Shown in pieces: positions 1 to 12,350 of a stretch of 64,000 nucleotides of DNA. The stretch is from Trichoplax adhaerens. Lineage: Eukaryota > Animalia > Placozoa. The stretch spans positions 3,681,172-3,745,171 of the forward strand of contig NW_002060945.1 of assembly GCF_000150275.1 (NCBI RefSeq). Direction: 5' to 3'. The notes under the pieces were generated by a model. That model saw only the letters and a list, made by a program, of their open reading frames with translations. It had not been told where the DNA came from and searched no databases. How positions within the stretch are numbered: the first letter of the stretch is position 1; each line of letters begins with the position of its first letter. Made by a program: the position numbers and the translations under genes.

Positions 1-3000
1 CAGTTGTAAAAAGTAATTCAGTTCTTATATCGTGGGCTACGGGTATTCATAGAGTCTTAAAACTAAAACTAAAGTAATTGTCCACATCGAAATGATATCG
101 TGCAGTGTTATACATATAATATATTCTGTTAGAATTATGACTGTGACATCTAATATTTTCACAGTAAAGATACTTTATAGATTTGTAATCGCACGAAGCT
201 AACTACAGCGAAAATATTTTCCATATCGAAAAAATAACTAATTACGATTACAGTCTATTCTTTCATTAGAAGAAAGTGATATTCAAGGACGATAACTATA
301 TTTAATTGATTGGATTAATCGTATAAGTAATCTGTGTGGCTGCTGTACTAATAAGATCGAGTAATATGAGTCACGAATAATGTGAAATATCTTCCCGAAA
401 AGAGCAATATTCGCAAATTCGTAAATGACTCGAAGAGTACGGTGTATATCAGATTCAAGTTATCTTTAATTCAAGATAGTCTATATGTTCTATTTTCAGT
501 AGTATCTTATCTTGTTACTGATGACGATATCCATCACAGATAATACGATTCAACACCATGCTGAAGGTTATTGCTAGCTGCATATATAAGCCACGTCCTT
601 ATTATTACCAAAGCTATTTTGTGCTGCTCTTTTTATCTGTATAGCTGCAAGCGCATTTACCCCGCAAATGCAGTTCCTTTCCTCATCCTCAAATCACCAC
701 TATTGCAGCAATACAATCCTTGTAAGTCAGGACATAGCATTACAATGTAGTGCTTAGCAGTACTCAGTAAAACACAGTATTGTTTCTTATATTCTAAAAT
801 AGAGCACCTAGGTGAGCATGACTTTGTGCTGAAGACATATAATTTATATAAAACCTTATATTTATAAAACTGCATAAAAGGATAACAAATTATGCCGTGA
901 TAGCAGATCAAGAAAGCAATGTTTTGACACTATATTTCAAGCAAACACTGACTTACATAACTATAAGTTATTCTATACCATAAGATCAGAGAATTTCTCA
1001 GCGACCTATGCGTAAACATTTTAATGAGCATATGTTTTGATATCTATCCATAATACTAATATATCTTAGCACAGTATGAGTTTAAGCTAATGGTAAAATA
1101 TTTAATTAGCGTGAATGATATACAATATATACGCGTATTTCAAATTTTAGTAGCTCATGCTTAACCAAAAAGTTTCAATGGAAGGTATGAATGTAATTTA
1201 TAAATGTTTAAATAGTGATTTACGAATATGATCGTGTTAGCGGAGGAGCAGGAATTAATTAAGATTCTATTAATTAGTATACAATATCTCATTTCGTACG
1301 GTTTCTGCAGACTACAAGCCTATTGCCGGGAATCGCTCCACGATTAATTATCCGTGATTAGATGGTCGCAAAGCCTACGTTAATGAAATTTAACAAGCTT
1401 TTATGCTCAAAATTATTAATTGCAGCATGCAATTAATAACTAATGCATTGGTATCAAATATGAAAAAAAATTGATCAAATTTGGTTTACATCGACTTTGC
1501 CGTCTCTGCGGTTGATTGAAAAGATCTGCAAGACACCAACCTACTTATGGACTTCTATGAATAGCAAGCCCCATACGATAGTACGCGTAACGGTACAAAG
1601 AAAGAACGGCCTTAAGGTGTCCCGCTGCCTGCTGTGTCGACTGGAGAATAAATAGTATCATCAAATAATTAAAATACTCTATGTCATAATTATACTACAT
1701 AGTATAGTCATAGAGTACCGCACTAAATGTTATACACCATATATTTTTATCGTTAGTCATTAATCAATGTACGGCGCACTTAGTTCTGTACGCAACCGTG
1801 GAGTTACGAATTACTGTACAGTAAATTGTCATAATTAAACAAGAGGCAATAGTATACTTTAAAACAATCTTTCAAAGCCTACATGTTCCCGCTAACAGTG
1901 CATAGGTTATGGACATTAACTACTCGCCTTAATTTTTATTATCAAGTTCATAATAAGGACAATCCCTGGAAATCCAAATGTTCTCTATGCAATATTATTT
2001 CGTTAATACGGTAACTATGGTAATTGCATTTACTTACAAGAGAACAGTGGCAATCCACTAATGTCTGTATTATTGATACAGTACGTAGAGTATATACAAC
2101 AATGTAGTTATAAATTAATTATACTCGAGAGGACAAATCAGTATACATACGTTCATTGCCTTGCCTACAATCATACTGTACTAATCATACAAGTTAAATT
2201 AAGAAACATTGCAATGTATTATTAGCCGACTACTACATACGTAGTATTTTTCAGCTGGGCTGTCAGTACTGAACTGATTTATTGGTTTTTATAGGAGAAA
2301 GAGTAGTCATCTGTCTTGATTTTGCAACCAGTCAAAAGGTACAGTTCCTGTAGTTTATGATATAAAGTACGTATCCACTCATTCACTATATAGGGCATTG
2401 CAATGCAGCTAAGGCTGTTAACAGCATAGTTAAGATGAATGAAAGACATTGGTACGGTGGCTCACAATCACAATTGTGAGCCACCGTACACTGGCGCATG
2501 CATGGAGGTAAAAGAAAAGCTCAATTTCTTGTGTACTGTAGTTCAATACGGCACAGTAGACTGAGTAGAGTACAACTAAAATCCAACTACTGTAGACAGG
2601 GTGATCATCAATTTGGCTGGTCATATTTACTGTACGGTAGAACTATTACCGCACACTGGCAGCTAAATACAGAGTAAAAGTTATCTATAGAAACGGTCTA
2701 TACAGGATATGTTGCGATATATTGCAACATATCCTGGATTAAGAGTAAATAATTACGATAGTAATTCTTTTTCGAGCGTGCGATACAGAAGTACATTTGT
2801 TGGTCGTTTGACTGTACTGTGTGCCGATCAACTTTCCAATTTGTAGCACAAGAGAACGATAGTTTCACATCTCTCTCTCTCTTCCTTTTAAGTTGTGCTC
2901 TGCATTTTTACTACTCATTTGGATGGCAACATAACTATCTGTATATGTTATTTATATTTATATACAGTATATATACAATATATTGTATCATCGCATATAA

Positions 3001-3095
3001 CATAACGTATAAAGTCATGACCAATTTAAGCCAATCAAGAGTGTTTTTTCGTGAACCCTGTTAAGTGACCCAGTGACCCCGCAGCCGAAATGAGA

Positions 3096-3200
3096 CTGTA
3101 CAGTGTAGACTGTATACTAGTGTTCTGTACCAGTTCCGTAGAGTACTACAGTATATTTTACAGTATGTTTACTGTAGTGCCATTGTGTACATACTGTGGA
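3096..3200. promoter_or_regulatory. ACAGT/TACAGTA repeat cluster upstream of ACAD11 (putative core-promoter region)
   Basis: Dense ctgtacagtgtagactgtatactagtg...tactacagtat...ttactgtagtg motifs about 170-280 bp before the ATG. Similar clusters precede other genes in the window. Confidence 0.5.
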
Positions 3201-3373
3201 GTGACGGAGGCGTAGAGAGTGAAGAGTATATAGCGTGTCACGTCCGAGCAGTTTTACTGACTCAAGGCTAAAGCCTCGCAGTAGCAAAGTGGTAGGTTGA
3301 GAATCCCAACAAGCTCTTGGAAAAGTCTGTCCAATTTCGATCAGCTGCTCACCTAACTGTAAAATCGAAAAAG

Positions 3374-6300
3374 ATGTCCAACAACGATACAACGCCTGTG
3401 CGCTCACAGCACCGCTTCGAAGAAGCAAGACTGCGTAACTTCATGATGCAACATGTAGATGATTTTCCTCAGCAATCGAACGACTTTACTGTGCGACAAT
3501 ACAGGTTGTCCTCCTATACAATGTTTATTTTCCAGTAATGGACATGCAATAACATAGATAGAATACGGACACAAACGTATCCATAAAGAACCAATTATAA
3601 TAATATTGCATTTTTGATGCATGCATAAAACGACAGAAAAAGTATCCCATACTATTTATAAGGTTTATATTTATAGAGATATACGGTACAGTGTTTAGTC
3701 ACTTCAGTGCACGCCTACTGGATGCCTGCATACAGTACGTTGATCTTTATAAATTACGTGAGGGAGGGTATGCAGCATGTTATGTCTATTTAACCAGTAT
3801 TTTTGAACCACTCTTGAATCCTAAACTTAGAATTTTGAATTCTGTGCTATTGCAATGTAGCATTAACGCAGTGAATTGATTTGTTAATGTACTGTATTAT
3901 ACGTATAGATTATGCTCAACACTGCCTTTTATGACAGATATACTATACCATGTATTGGTCGAACATAAGCGTCATATACGGAGTATTTTCAAGACCAATA
4001 GCGTGATTGACTATGATCAGTGATATGTAGTTACTAGGTAGTCCATGATACTTTGGATTAATTAAACTAGCTTTGTTCGGCACGCTTCGCCGTGCTGATG
4101 AAGTACATGTATGTGAGGGTAAATATTTTGAAGATATCTCTAAGCTCAGTAAGCAGTGTCTGTAGTGCTGATTCTAATTGTCTGATGCCAACGTTTTTCT
4201 TAAACCTATAGCTGGATATAATCATCTTTAAAAATGATACACTACCAGCAGTGAATAGTCCTTTACTGCCACATCGTACTTAGAATCTGTGACGCTGCTA
4301 CATTTACAGTATATTATAAACCTCAGTACGAATATATAGTAATTTATAAGAGTATAGCTTTGCTAAGTGAGATTTGGTTTGTGAGATGCAACCGAGATTA
4401 ATTATACATTATTGAAATACAATTAATGCAACGCCATATTTACTGTTACTGTAGTGACTACAGCAGTTGAATCCGTAACATATACAATACACCTGTTTTG
4501 GTTGGGCTGCAACTACAGTATATTCTAATACTCTGTACTAGATACAGCACCACATACTGCACGTATCCTCCCTCCCAGGTGGCAAGGAAGATGGTAGTCA
4601 ATGCGTTAATTAATGATTAATTCTTCATCTTCTAAATAGTAAACTAAGTTACCTTGCATGGTTATTGAGATTAATCAATAAAGGTTGAACTAGTTAGTAT
4701 ACATGAATAGAGCAATTAATACTCCAATAGTTAACCTTTGTATTCTGATATATGTATTGCCCATTGGATATTTGATACAGTTCTGGCCAGTCAAATCCTA
4801 CATTTTACATCGCTGCTGGAGGAAAAGAGTTTGTTATGCGAAAAAAACCTCCTGGAAAATTATTGCCAAAAGCTCACATGGTATGGAAGGAATCATTTAT
4901 TCTACATTTACGCCTCTTAGAGATTTTAGCTACGTTATATGTATTCTCTCGCATGAATTGAATTGAATTGAAGCAGATATCAAGAGTTCCATGTAACGCT
5001 ATAATAAACATATCTCAGTATACAATAATCAACAAAAGTAAACAAGTTTTAGAAATATTAACAATTGAGATATTAAATATGCATGTAATACACTATGAAT
5101 GTACGTATATACCTCCTTATTGGATTATATCATTGAATAGTAGTGTAGATAATATCTTGACCGTTATTAAAAGTCTTTATTCTGGCACTGTAATGAATTA
5201 ACAATAATACAGTTGTGATTCAACATAATTTTTTATGTTGATAGGTAAACCGTGAATATCGTATTCTGTCAGCACTATATTCAATTGGATATCCTGTCCC
5301 GAAGCCGTTCGCATATTGCCAGGATCCTTCTGTGATTGGGACTGAATTTTATATTATGCAGCATGTCAGGGTAAGACACTTTTATGTTATCACGATTAAT
5401 TAACTACTTCCTGTAGCAGATATCTTGCATACAGTAATTGATACTCATAGAATCAACTACTGTTATACTTCCAATCGTAAATTTAGGGACGAATATTTCG
5501 TGACCCGGAATTACCTGGAATGACCCCAGGTCAACGTCAAGCCATCTATGCTGCTATGATGGGTGCACTCGCTAAATTGCATAGTATTGATTGGAGTAAG
5601 ATTGGCTTGGGAGACTTCGGGCCAACAACGAATTACTCCAAGCGTCAGGTGAGCAATAATGCGTAACTCCTGTACGTTACAGCCTATCATAACGTGCGTG
5701 AATTAAACGATAACGCTTTCACTTTTATTAATGAATAGAATTTAGCAAGCTAAGGAAAATAAATTTTATCTTTTATTCTAAGGTATCTACCTGGAATAAG
5801 CAATATATCGCATCAAAGACGAGTGAGGTATCGGAGATGGATTATTTATTCAAATGGTTAAGCAATAATATCCCTGAAAATGAAGGAAAAACTAGTAAGC
5901 CATTATGAAATTATTACAGTGATACTGGACTGATATAAAACGTTATTTCGTATATTCTTTTTCTAACAAATTTCTAGCTGCTATTAATTTATATTTTATT
6001 AATTATAGCAATCGTACATGGTGATTTTCGGGTGGATAATATGATTTTTCATCCTACTGAGGTATTACTCGTCTATTGTACCAACACTAATTCCATGTTA
6101 TATACGACTAATGTGATACTGGGTGTTTTATGTAGTGACTGTGACAATAGCCACTCCATATCCAGATGCGGTAACTAACAAATTTGTGTTAAATCTCTAT
6201 TTATAGCCTCGCGTTATTGCTGTTCTTGACTGGGAATTGTCTACTCTTGGTAATCCTCTAAGTGATGTAGCGTATTGCTGTACTCCCTATCACATGATCG

Positions 6301-9075
6301 TTGAAGAATTGAAAGGATTGACTCCTTCTTTTGGTAGACTTCTATATTACCATGCGATTTCTTATATAAACGCGAGACTAATTTTTTGTTTGAATTATTT
6401 TATAGCTTTCAGCAAAATACCAGGAATTCCAACAGAGAAGGAACTCACTGATACCTATTGCTATTATCGTGGTTTAAAACCGCCTCTGCCAAATTGGAAC
6501 TTCTACTGTGCACTGTCCATATTCCGTATGGTCGGAATTACTCAGGTGATTTCAATTTTAATTTATGGCAAACTACATATATAACTAGCTTTAAATGGGT
6601 TCTTACGAGTTTGTTGTTAATTTAAGGATATAATTTGTTGCAAGCAATTTTATTACTATTACTATTACTATAATCATAATTATAATTGCTGTCAGGGAGT
6701 TTACGCAAGATCCATTCAAGGTAATGCTAGCTCTGAAACTGCCCAAACGTATGGTAGAATTGTACCTCTTGCAGCTAAGGCTGGAGTAATTGCTGCGCTT
6801 TCAAAATCAAGGTAATTACTATTTCCAGCTTTAAATATATCCTCCTTGCTACAACAGACTATGTAATAATTTTATCTATCGCACTGAAATATTATAACTT
6901 GTTACTGTTTAGCGAATTTACAGCTTTCGATGATAATAATGGTTCCTTTGGAATACTGAAGCTATCGTCTAGAACGCGAGAATTACAAAAGCAAATGAAA
7001 GAATTTATGAAGAAATATGTTTTCCCAGCCGAGCAAGTATGTCACAAATAAACATCTTCCTGATTTAGCGACTTCTTTTGAATCATTTCATCTAAGATCT
7101 GTCATCAATATCTCCTGTTTAGGTAATCCATGAACACTTGCAAAATGCCTCAAATCGATGGACAGTCCTTCCTATGGTTGAAGAACTCAAGGTAACCTTA
7201 ACTTTACTTTGTGTAATAGTGATTGCCACGACTAAGTATAAAATCTTCTATTAATAGACGAAAGCAAAGCAGGAAGGCCTTTGGAATTTGTTTTTGCCTG
7301 GAGCATCAGGACTGTCACAAGTGGAATATGCTACATTAGCAGAAATAACGGGTTGGTCAGATTTCGCTCCTGAAATTTTCAATTGCAACGCTCCAGGTAT
7401 AGAGTTAGCTCAAGCCCATTCATAATGTGATATTTCCAAAATTTTTAGTAAATATACTAAGATTTGATATAATTTAAATTTCTTGAAAGATACTGGAAAT
7501 ATGGAAGTTTTGCATTTATACGGCTCGGATGAACAAAAACGAGAATGGCTAGAGCCTTTACTTGAAGGAAAAATTAGATCTTGTTACTGTATGACCGGTT
7601 GGTATCTGTTCAAATTCGTGATATTCTTGCTTAGATCTGGGATTCAGCACAAATTTAATGCTACATTTTAATAGAACCCTATGTCGCATCATCTGATGCT
7701 ACTAATATGGCGCTGACAATAACTCGTGACGGCGATTACTATATCGTTAATGGTCGCAAGTGGTGGAGCAGTGGTAAGTTTATTTCGTTAAAGTATTACA
7801 GTTTATGCACATGTTAAATATTTAATAATGGATAACTGATAGATTATTCACTTGACACTACATCAGTAGCAAAAAAGAAAACGAATTTAATCGCGTAAAA
7901 TGATTGCTATGATTTATAATCTTGTAGGTGCTGGAGATCCTAGATGTAAGATTGCTATAGTAATGGGCCGTACAGGTGGAAAAGAAGTTCAAAAGTATGC
8001 GTTCTCTTTTAAAATTTTAAACGATGTTATATCAGCATACATTAGCTTCTAACTGATATAATCATTATAGAACGTATCGGATAAATCTGGGCATACGTAC
8101 TATAGTAAGAGTAGAAAGTTTCGTTTAAATCTCTAAAATTAAGATACGGTAATTTAGGCACAGAAGTCATTCTATGATATTGGTTCCTATGCAAACTCCT
8201 GGAGTCAAGAAATTAAGGGCTCTTACAGTTTTTGGCTATGATGGTAAGATCTTTACTTAATCGTCAAAATCTAAAAATCTGTAGTCTGCGAAATATAATT
8301 CGCATTCTTACTTGATTATATATCTACAACAACTTTTTAGATGCCCCTCATGGTCATCTAGAAATTGAATTTGACAACGTTCGCGTTCCGGCGTCGAATA
8401 TTATATTGGGCGAAGGTCGTGGCTTTGAAATTTCCCAAGGGCGTTTAGGTCCCGGTAGAATTCACCACTGCATGCGTCTCATAGGCAGAGCGGAACGTGC
8501 TTTGTCATTAATGTGTGACCGTGTTCAGAATCGTGTAGCTTTTAACAAGAAATTAGCGGAAATGGTATTTTTATTACCCTATTGAAAGGTTTTAATGAAA
8601 ATATTGTACTGATAATGCCCTAATTGATACAGAATACCATTCAACATCACATCGCACGGTCCAGGCAAGAAATTGAACAAGCGAGACTGTTAACACTTAA
8701 GGCTGCTCGCCTGATTGACCTCAAAGGAACTAAAGCTGCACGCAAAGAAGTACTGCATTATTGAGTTATAAATTTATTATTATAAAATTATTTATATATC
8801 AGATCGGCTTGCATTATGACAAAATCAGATTGTAATCCATTGAATAATCTCTTTTTTAGATTGCTATGATTAAAGTTGTCGCTCCCAACATGTGTAGTGA
8901 AGTAGTTGATCGAGCAATCCAAGCATTTGGTGGTGCCGGGGTATGTCAAGATACTATCCTACCATACTACTATGTAGCCGGTCGTACGCTTCGAATCGCT
9001 GATGGTCCTGATGAGGTTCACCTCACTTCAGTTGCAAAATTAGAATTACGAGAGCAAACAAAAGCAAAATTATAA
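3374..9075 (+). CDS. ACAD11: Acyl-CoA dehydrogenase family member 11 (APH/kinase-like N-terminal domain plus ACAD domain), multi-exon, C-terminal PTS1 (AKL)
   Basis: ATG at 3374. Exon 1 ends at 3504 and exon 2 starts at 4781. Spliced exons give [128 protein letters not shown] and [11 protein letters not shown], ending EQTKAKL*. There is no N-terminal HAD domain, which favours ACAD11 over ACAD10. Confidence 0.93.
4067..4357 (-). mobile_element. Short non-autonomous Helitron-like element in ACAD11 intron 1
   Basis: The minus strand ends CAGCACG-GCGAAG-CGTGCCG-AACAAAG-CTAG|T: a GC-rich subterminal hairpin (4078-4097) just before CTAG, followed by T, as at a Helitron 3' end. The other end reads (G)CTATACTCTTATAAA, similar to Helitron TCTATAC... 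5' ends but with a first-base mismatch. Confidence 0.55.
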
Positions 9076-9769
9076 ACGCCTTATGCAGCATCCCTTTAAC
9101 TGCGTAAGGATGATATAGCCATCAGTCAATGGTAGTGCAGATTTTTAAATATTCTAGATCTGATACAAATTTTTTGTAATGCCATGCATATTAAAACTAA
9201 TTATAAGTTTTAAAATTAATTTAAAAATAATGAAAAGCAGCTGTAACGTAAGATTAGAATATTTTCGCTTAAATATTAACTATTTTAGGATTAAATGAAT
9301 AAAAAGGTAACTTTGACCTTAGTCTGAAAATTTGATGATTGATGGTGAAAATTACAAATGAAGTATCACGCTTTAACTATATATACCCCCGTAGTTATAC
9401 AGTATGCACGATTCTATCTAGAAGCGTCAACCGAATCTTCTCACTAAGATATTACTACGAGAATAGTTAGTTAAAATCTATATAAAAGTATACGACCAAG
9501 GCAGTAATCACGTCCACATTAAAGTATATATGCAATGATTGAAATTTATTAATTTTGATCAAATTGAATACAACTCAAAAATTAAGTAGTTTCCTAATTT
9601 TCATAAGGAAAATCCACAATAATAAAAGTATTTACAGTCGATGAAATTTTACATGTCAACGCCATAGCACCGTACATTGTCCAGTACGATTGGATTGTGG
9701 AATAGAATATACACTAAAGAAAGCTAACATAGTACTTATAGCATTAAAGTAAAGGCAACAGAATTAAGA

Positions 9770-11875
9770 TTAATTCTCTAAGTAAGTAACATAGTCCGTC
9801 AACTTCTTTAATTGTTCATTGGTAATATTCTTAATTTGTGTATCATCGACTACAATAATAAGAAAAGAATGACGAATTGATTACTCGAAAGCTAATTTGT
9901 AAACACTGTTATCTTACTGTTAGTAGCAATAAATCCCATACCTATCTTCGTTGGCATTATCATTTGGGAATCTACATCTACCGTCCAGCTTCTTTCTGTT
10001 GCAGCTACGATTATAAGTAATCAGAATAAACGTGTAACTACTGTATGCAATCACCGGTGAATTTTAAATAAGTGTATATCTCTACGATAACTATTTTACT
10101 AGATAACATTCCACGAGAATTAAATTCACCTTGGATGGCATCTTCAACCGATAAACCAACAATAGCCGCTAAATCTTTCCAACTAATACTGTCATAAGCC
10201 CTACTCACCAGCTGAAAAGCCCTATTTCTACAGTTAGCTATATCAACAAACAAAGTCAGCGATCAGTTCAATAATCTATTTCATGAATTGCAGTAAAGAT
10301 ATATAACATAAAATATTGTACGGAAACAACTAATTTCGGAAGTTGTTTTCCTTGAATTTTGATACAAAATTGCATCACGAAAATACATAATAGCATATAC
10401 AGTGCGTCATTGAAATTTATCGACATGAGATCACTTTTACTTGCACTAAAATGTTTAATGGTTGATGATGTTTGTAAAATTTATTATGATTAAATACCTT
10501 TCAATGCGATAATGATTGGCTTGATGGAATCCGACCACCCATAATCAAAGCTTGCATACATCTGAGGATAGTTCCTTTGCCACATACTTTTACCTATTTC
10601 CCATACAGCTCTTATTTCTTTACACTCCTAAAGAAAGACAAGACACTATGAAATCATTGCCATCCATCATGTACAAAAACAACACAACATAACGTAACAC
10701 CACGAACTGCATGGAGTAAATATTTAATTTGAGTAATACTGTAGGTGCATAAACAGACGGTAGCTAATCGCAATTTGTAAACCTTTCAAGGTAGCAAAGA
10801 CACACTTGTTTACGTATAGTATCATCGTATCATTAAATAGAACATCACCTTGAGGGTATCCTCGGGTATTCGCTTCCATAAAAACTTTGCACTAATTCTA
10901 TAGTTGTATTTCATTTAGTTTAAGAAATTAATGAATAATACATTTATAGCTGGCTATATTTTAAGTTCACGACGACACATCAATGCAGATAAAAATTTCG
11001 CGAGTTAAAAATGTTTATCTACTATACGGAGCACAGCCAGAATCATAACATTCCAAATTTGATAGTAAATATGTTAATTATTGGTATCAAAATTCTTTTG
11101 CTTATTGATGGAGCTTCCTATAGGCTATAGGTATATGTATGTAATCGTAGATGTATAGTTTATTGCTGTTGCTTTTATTTCCTTCATGTATTACTGTAGT
11201 TTTCCTAGTGAATATTGTACAGAACTATTTCATGAAATACTCGATTGCTAGTAGCAAAGGTGCGATTTTTTTAGGCCAATGCATTTGTATGAGTGCAACT
11301 ACTACTGTAGAATAAGTGCAGCCTGTAAGGATTATTTCGAATAGTCCATGCATGCTACGACATCACTGATTTAGTGCAGGTTATCATGTATTCCTGTAAA
11401 AGTAATATTAGTGTTGGTTAGCACGTATCTAATAGCCCTACATACGTACAAATCGTTCTGTAGAAGATATATGGCTAATAATTTGGCATAAATATCGGCA
11501 TCTATAATTCCGTTTTCAGCCTGTAAAAATAGATTTAAATTCGTCATCATTAAAGTATATCTGAAAGGTATCATTGACAATCAATCCGTTTGAAATTAAT
11601 ATGCGTCTTTTTATACTATGTCGTAGTATAACAATAAATCAACTGTTCTACAATGTACTACGATATTACATAATACTCTTTAATATTTCAACAAACTATC
11701 GCTTTCTAGTCCTATACTCTGCATCTATGATTACTACGACATTATTAAAAGAAGGTTTCAAATGAACGTAAAAGCTGCACCTAGACATAATATCAAGGCA
11801 GTATGGCTAGATGTCAAGTACCTGAAGTTCCAGCTCTTCATATTCGAGTGCCATTTGATTAAAAGTATCCATCAT
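9770..11875 (-). CDS. COPS8: COP9 signalosome subunit 8 (CSN8), 7 coding exons
   Basis: Exons splice to MMDTFNQMALEYEELELQ / AENGIIDADIYAKLLAIYLLQNDL / ISAKFLWKRIPEDTLK / ECKEIRAVWEIGKSMWQRNYP...IALK / NCRNRAFQLVSRAYDSISW... / ATERSWTVDVDSQMIMP / EQLKKLTDYVTYLEN*. These match the CSN8 signatures (AKYLWKRIP-type motif, C-terminal LTDYVxFLEN). Confidence 0.93.
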
Positions 11876-12289
11876 CAATGGTCTATTTCACACAGCGATA
11901 TTTTATCGAATAAGTAATTTTAAGCTGAATAACTTGTAGTCCAGCTTGCAATTCGTACACAGAAGTACAATATAGGCTTCTACTTGAATAAATTGAACAA
12001 GCAATTGCTTCCAATTGCCTCTCTGCAGGCGTAGGCTATCTTGCCTTTTCTTGATGCTGAATCCCTTTACGCTTGCTAGCGTTCTCTTTCAGACGGTTTG
12101 TATCGATATGCAGTATAGCGACTAGAGTATACTATACAAGTCTAGCATATTACTGTAGTCTAGGGGAGTATTCACCGAGAAGTAGTCTTGACGGCCTATA
12201 GTAAGTACTCCTTTGTGCGCTATGGTTCACGTATCGAGTGACGATACGGTCAGAGTTGGATACTAGGCTGCTTTATTGTGCACCTTACA

Positions 12290-12350
12290 CGGTACAATGT
12301 ACTGTGGGTACAGTCTGTTATACAGTATGAAAAGTACTGTGCACTGTACA
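12290..12350. promoter_or_regulatory. ACAGT/TACAGTA cluster upstream of COPS8
   Basis: gtactgtgggtacagtctgttatacagtatgaaaagtactgtgcactgtac, about 400-470 bp upstream of the COPS8 ATG. A second cluster lies at about 12676-12750. Confidence 0.4.
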
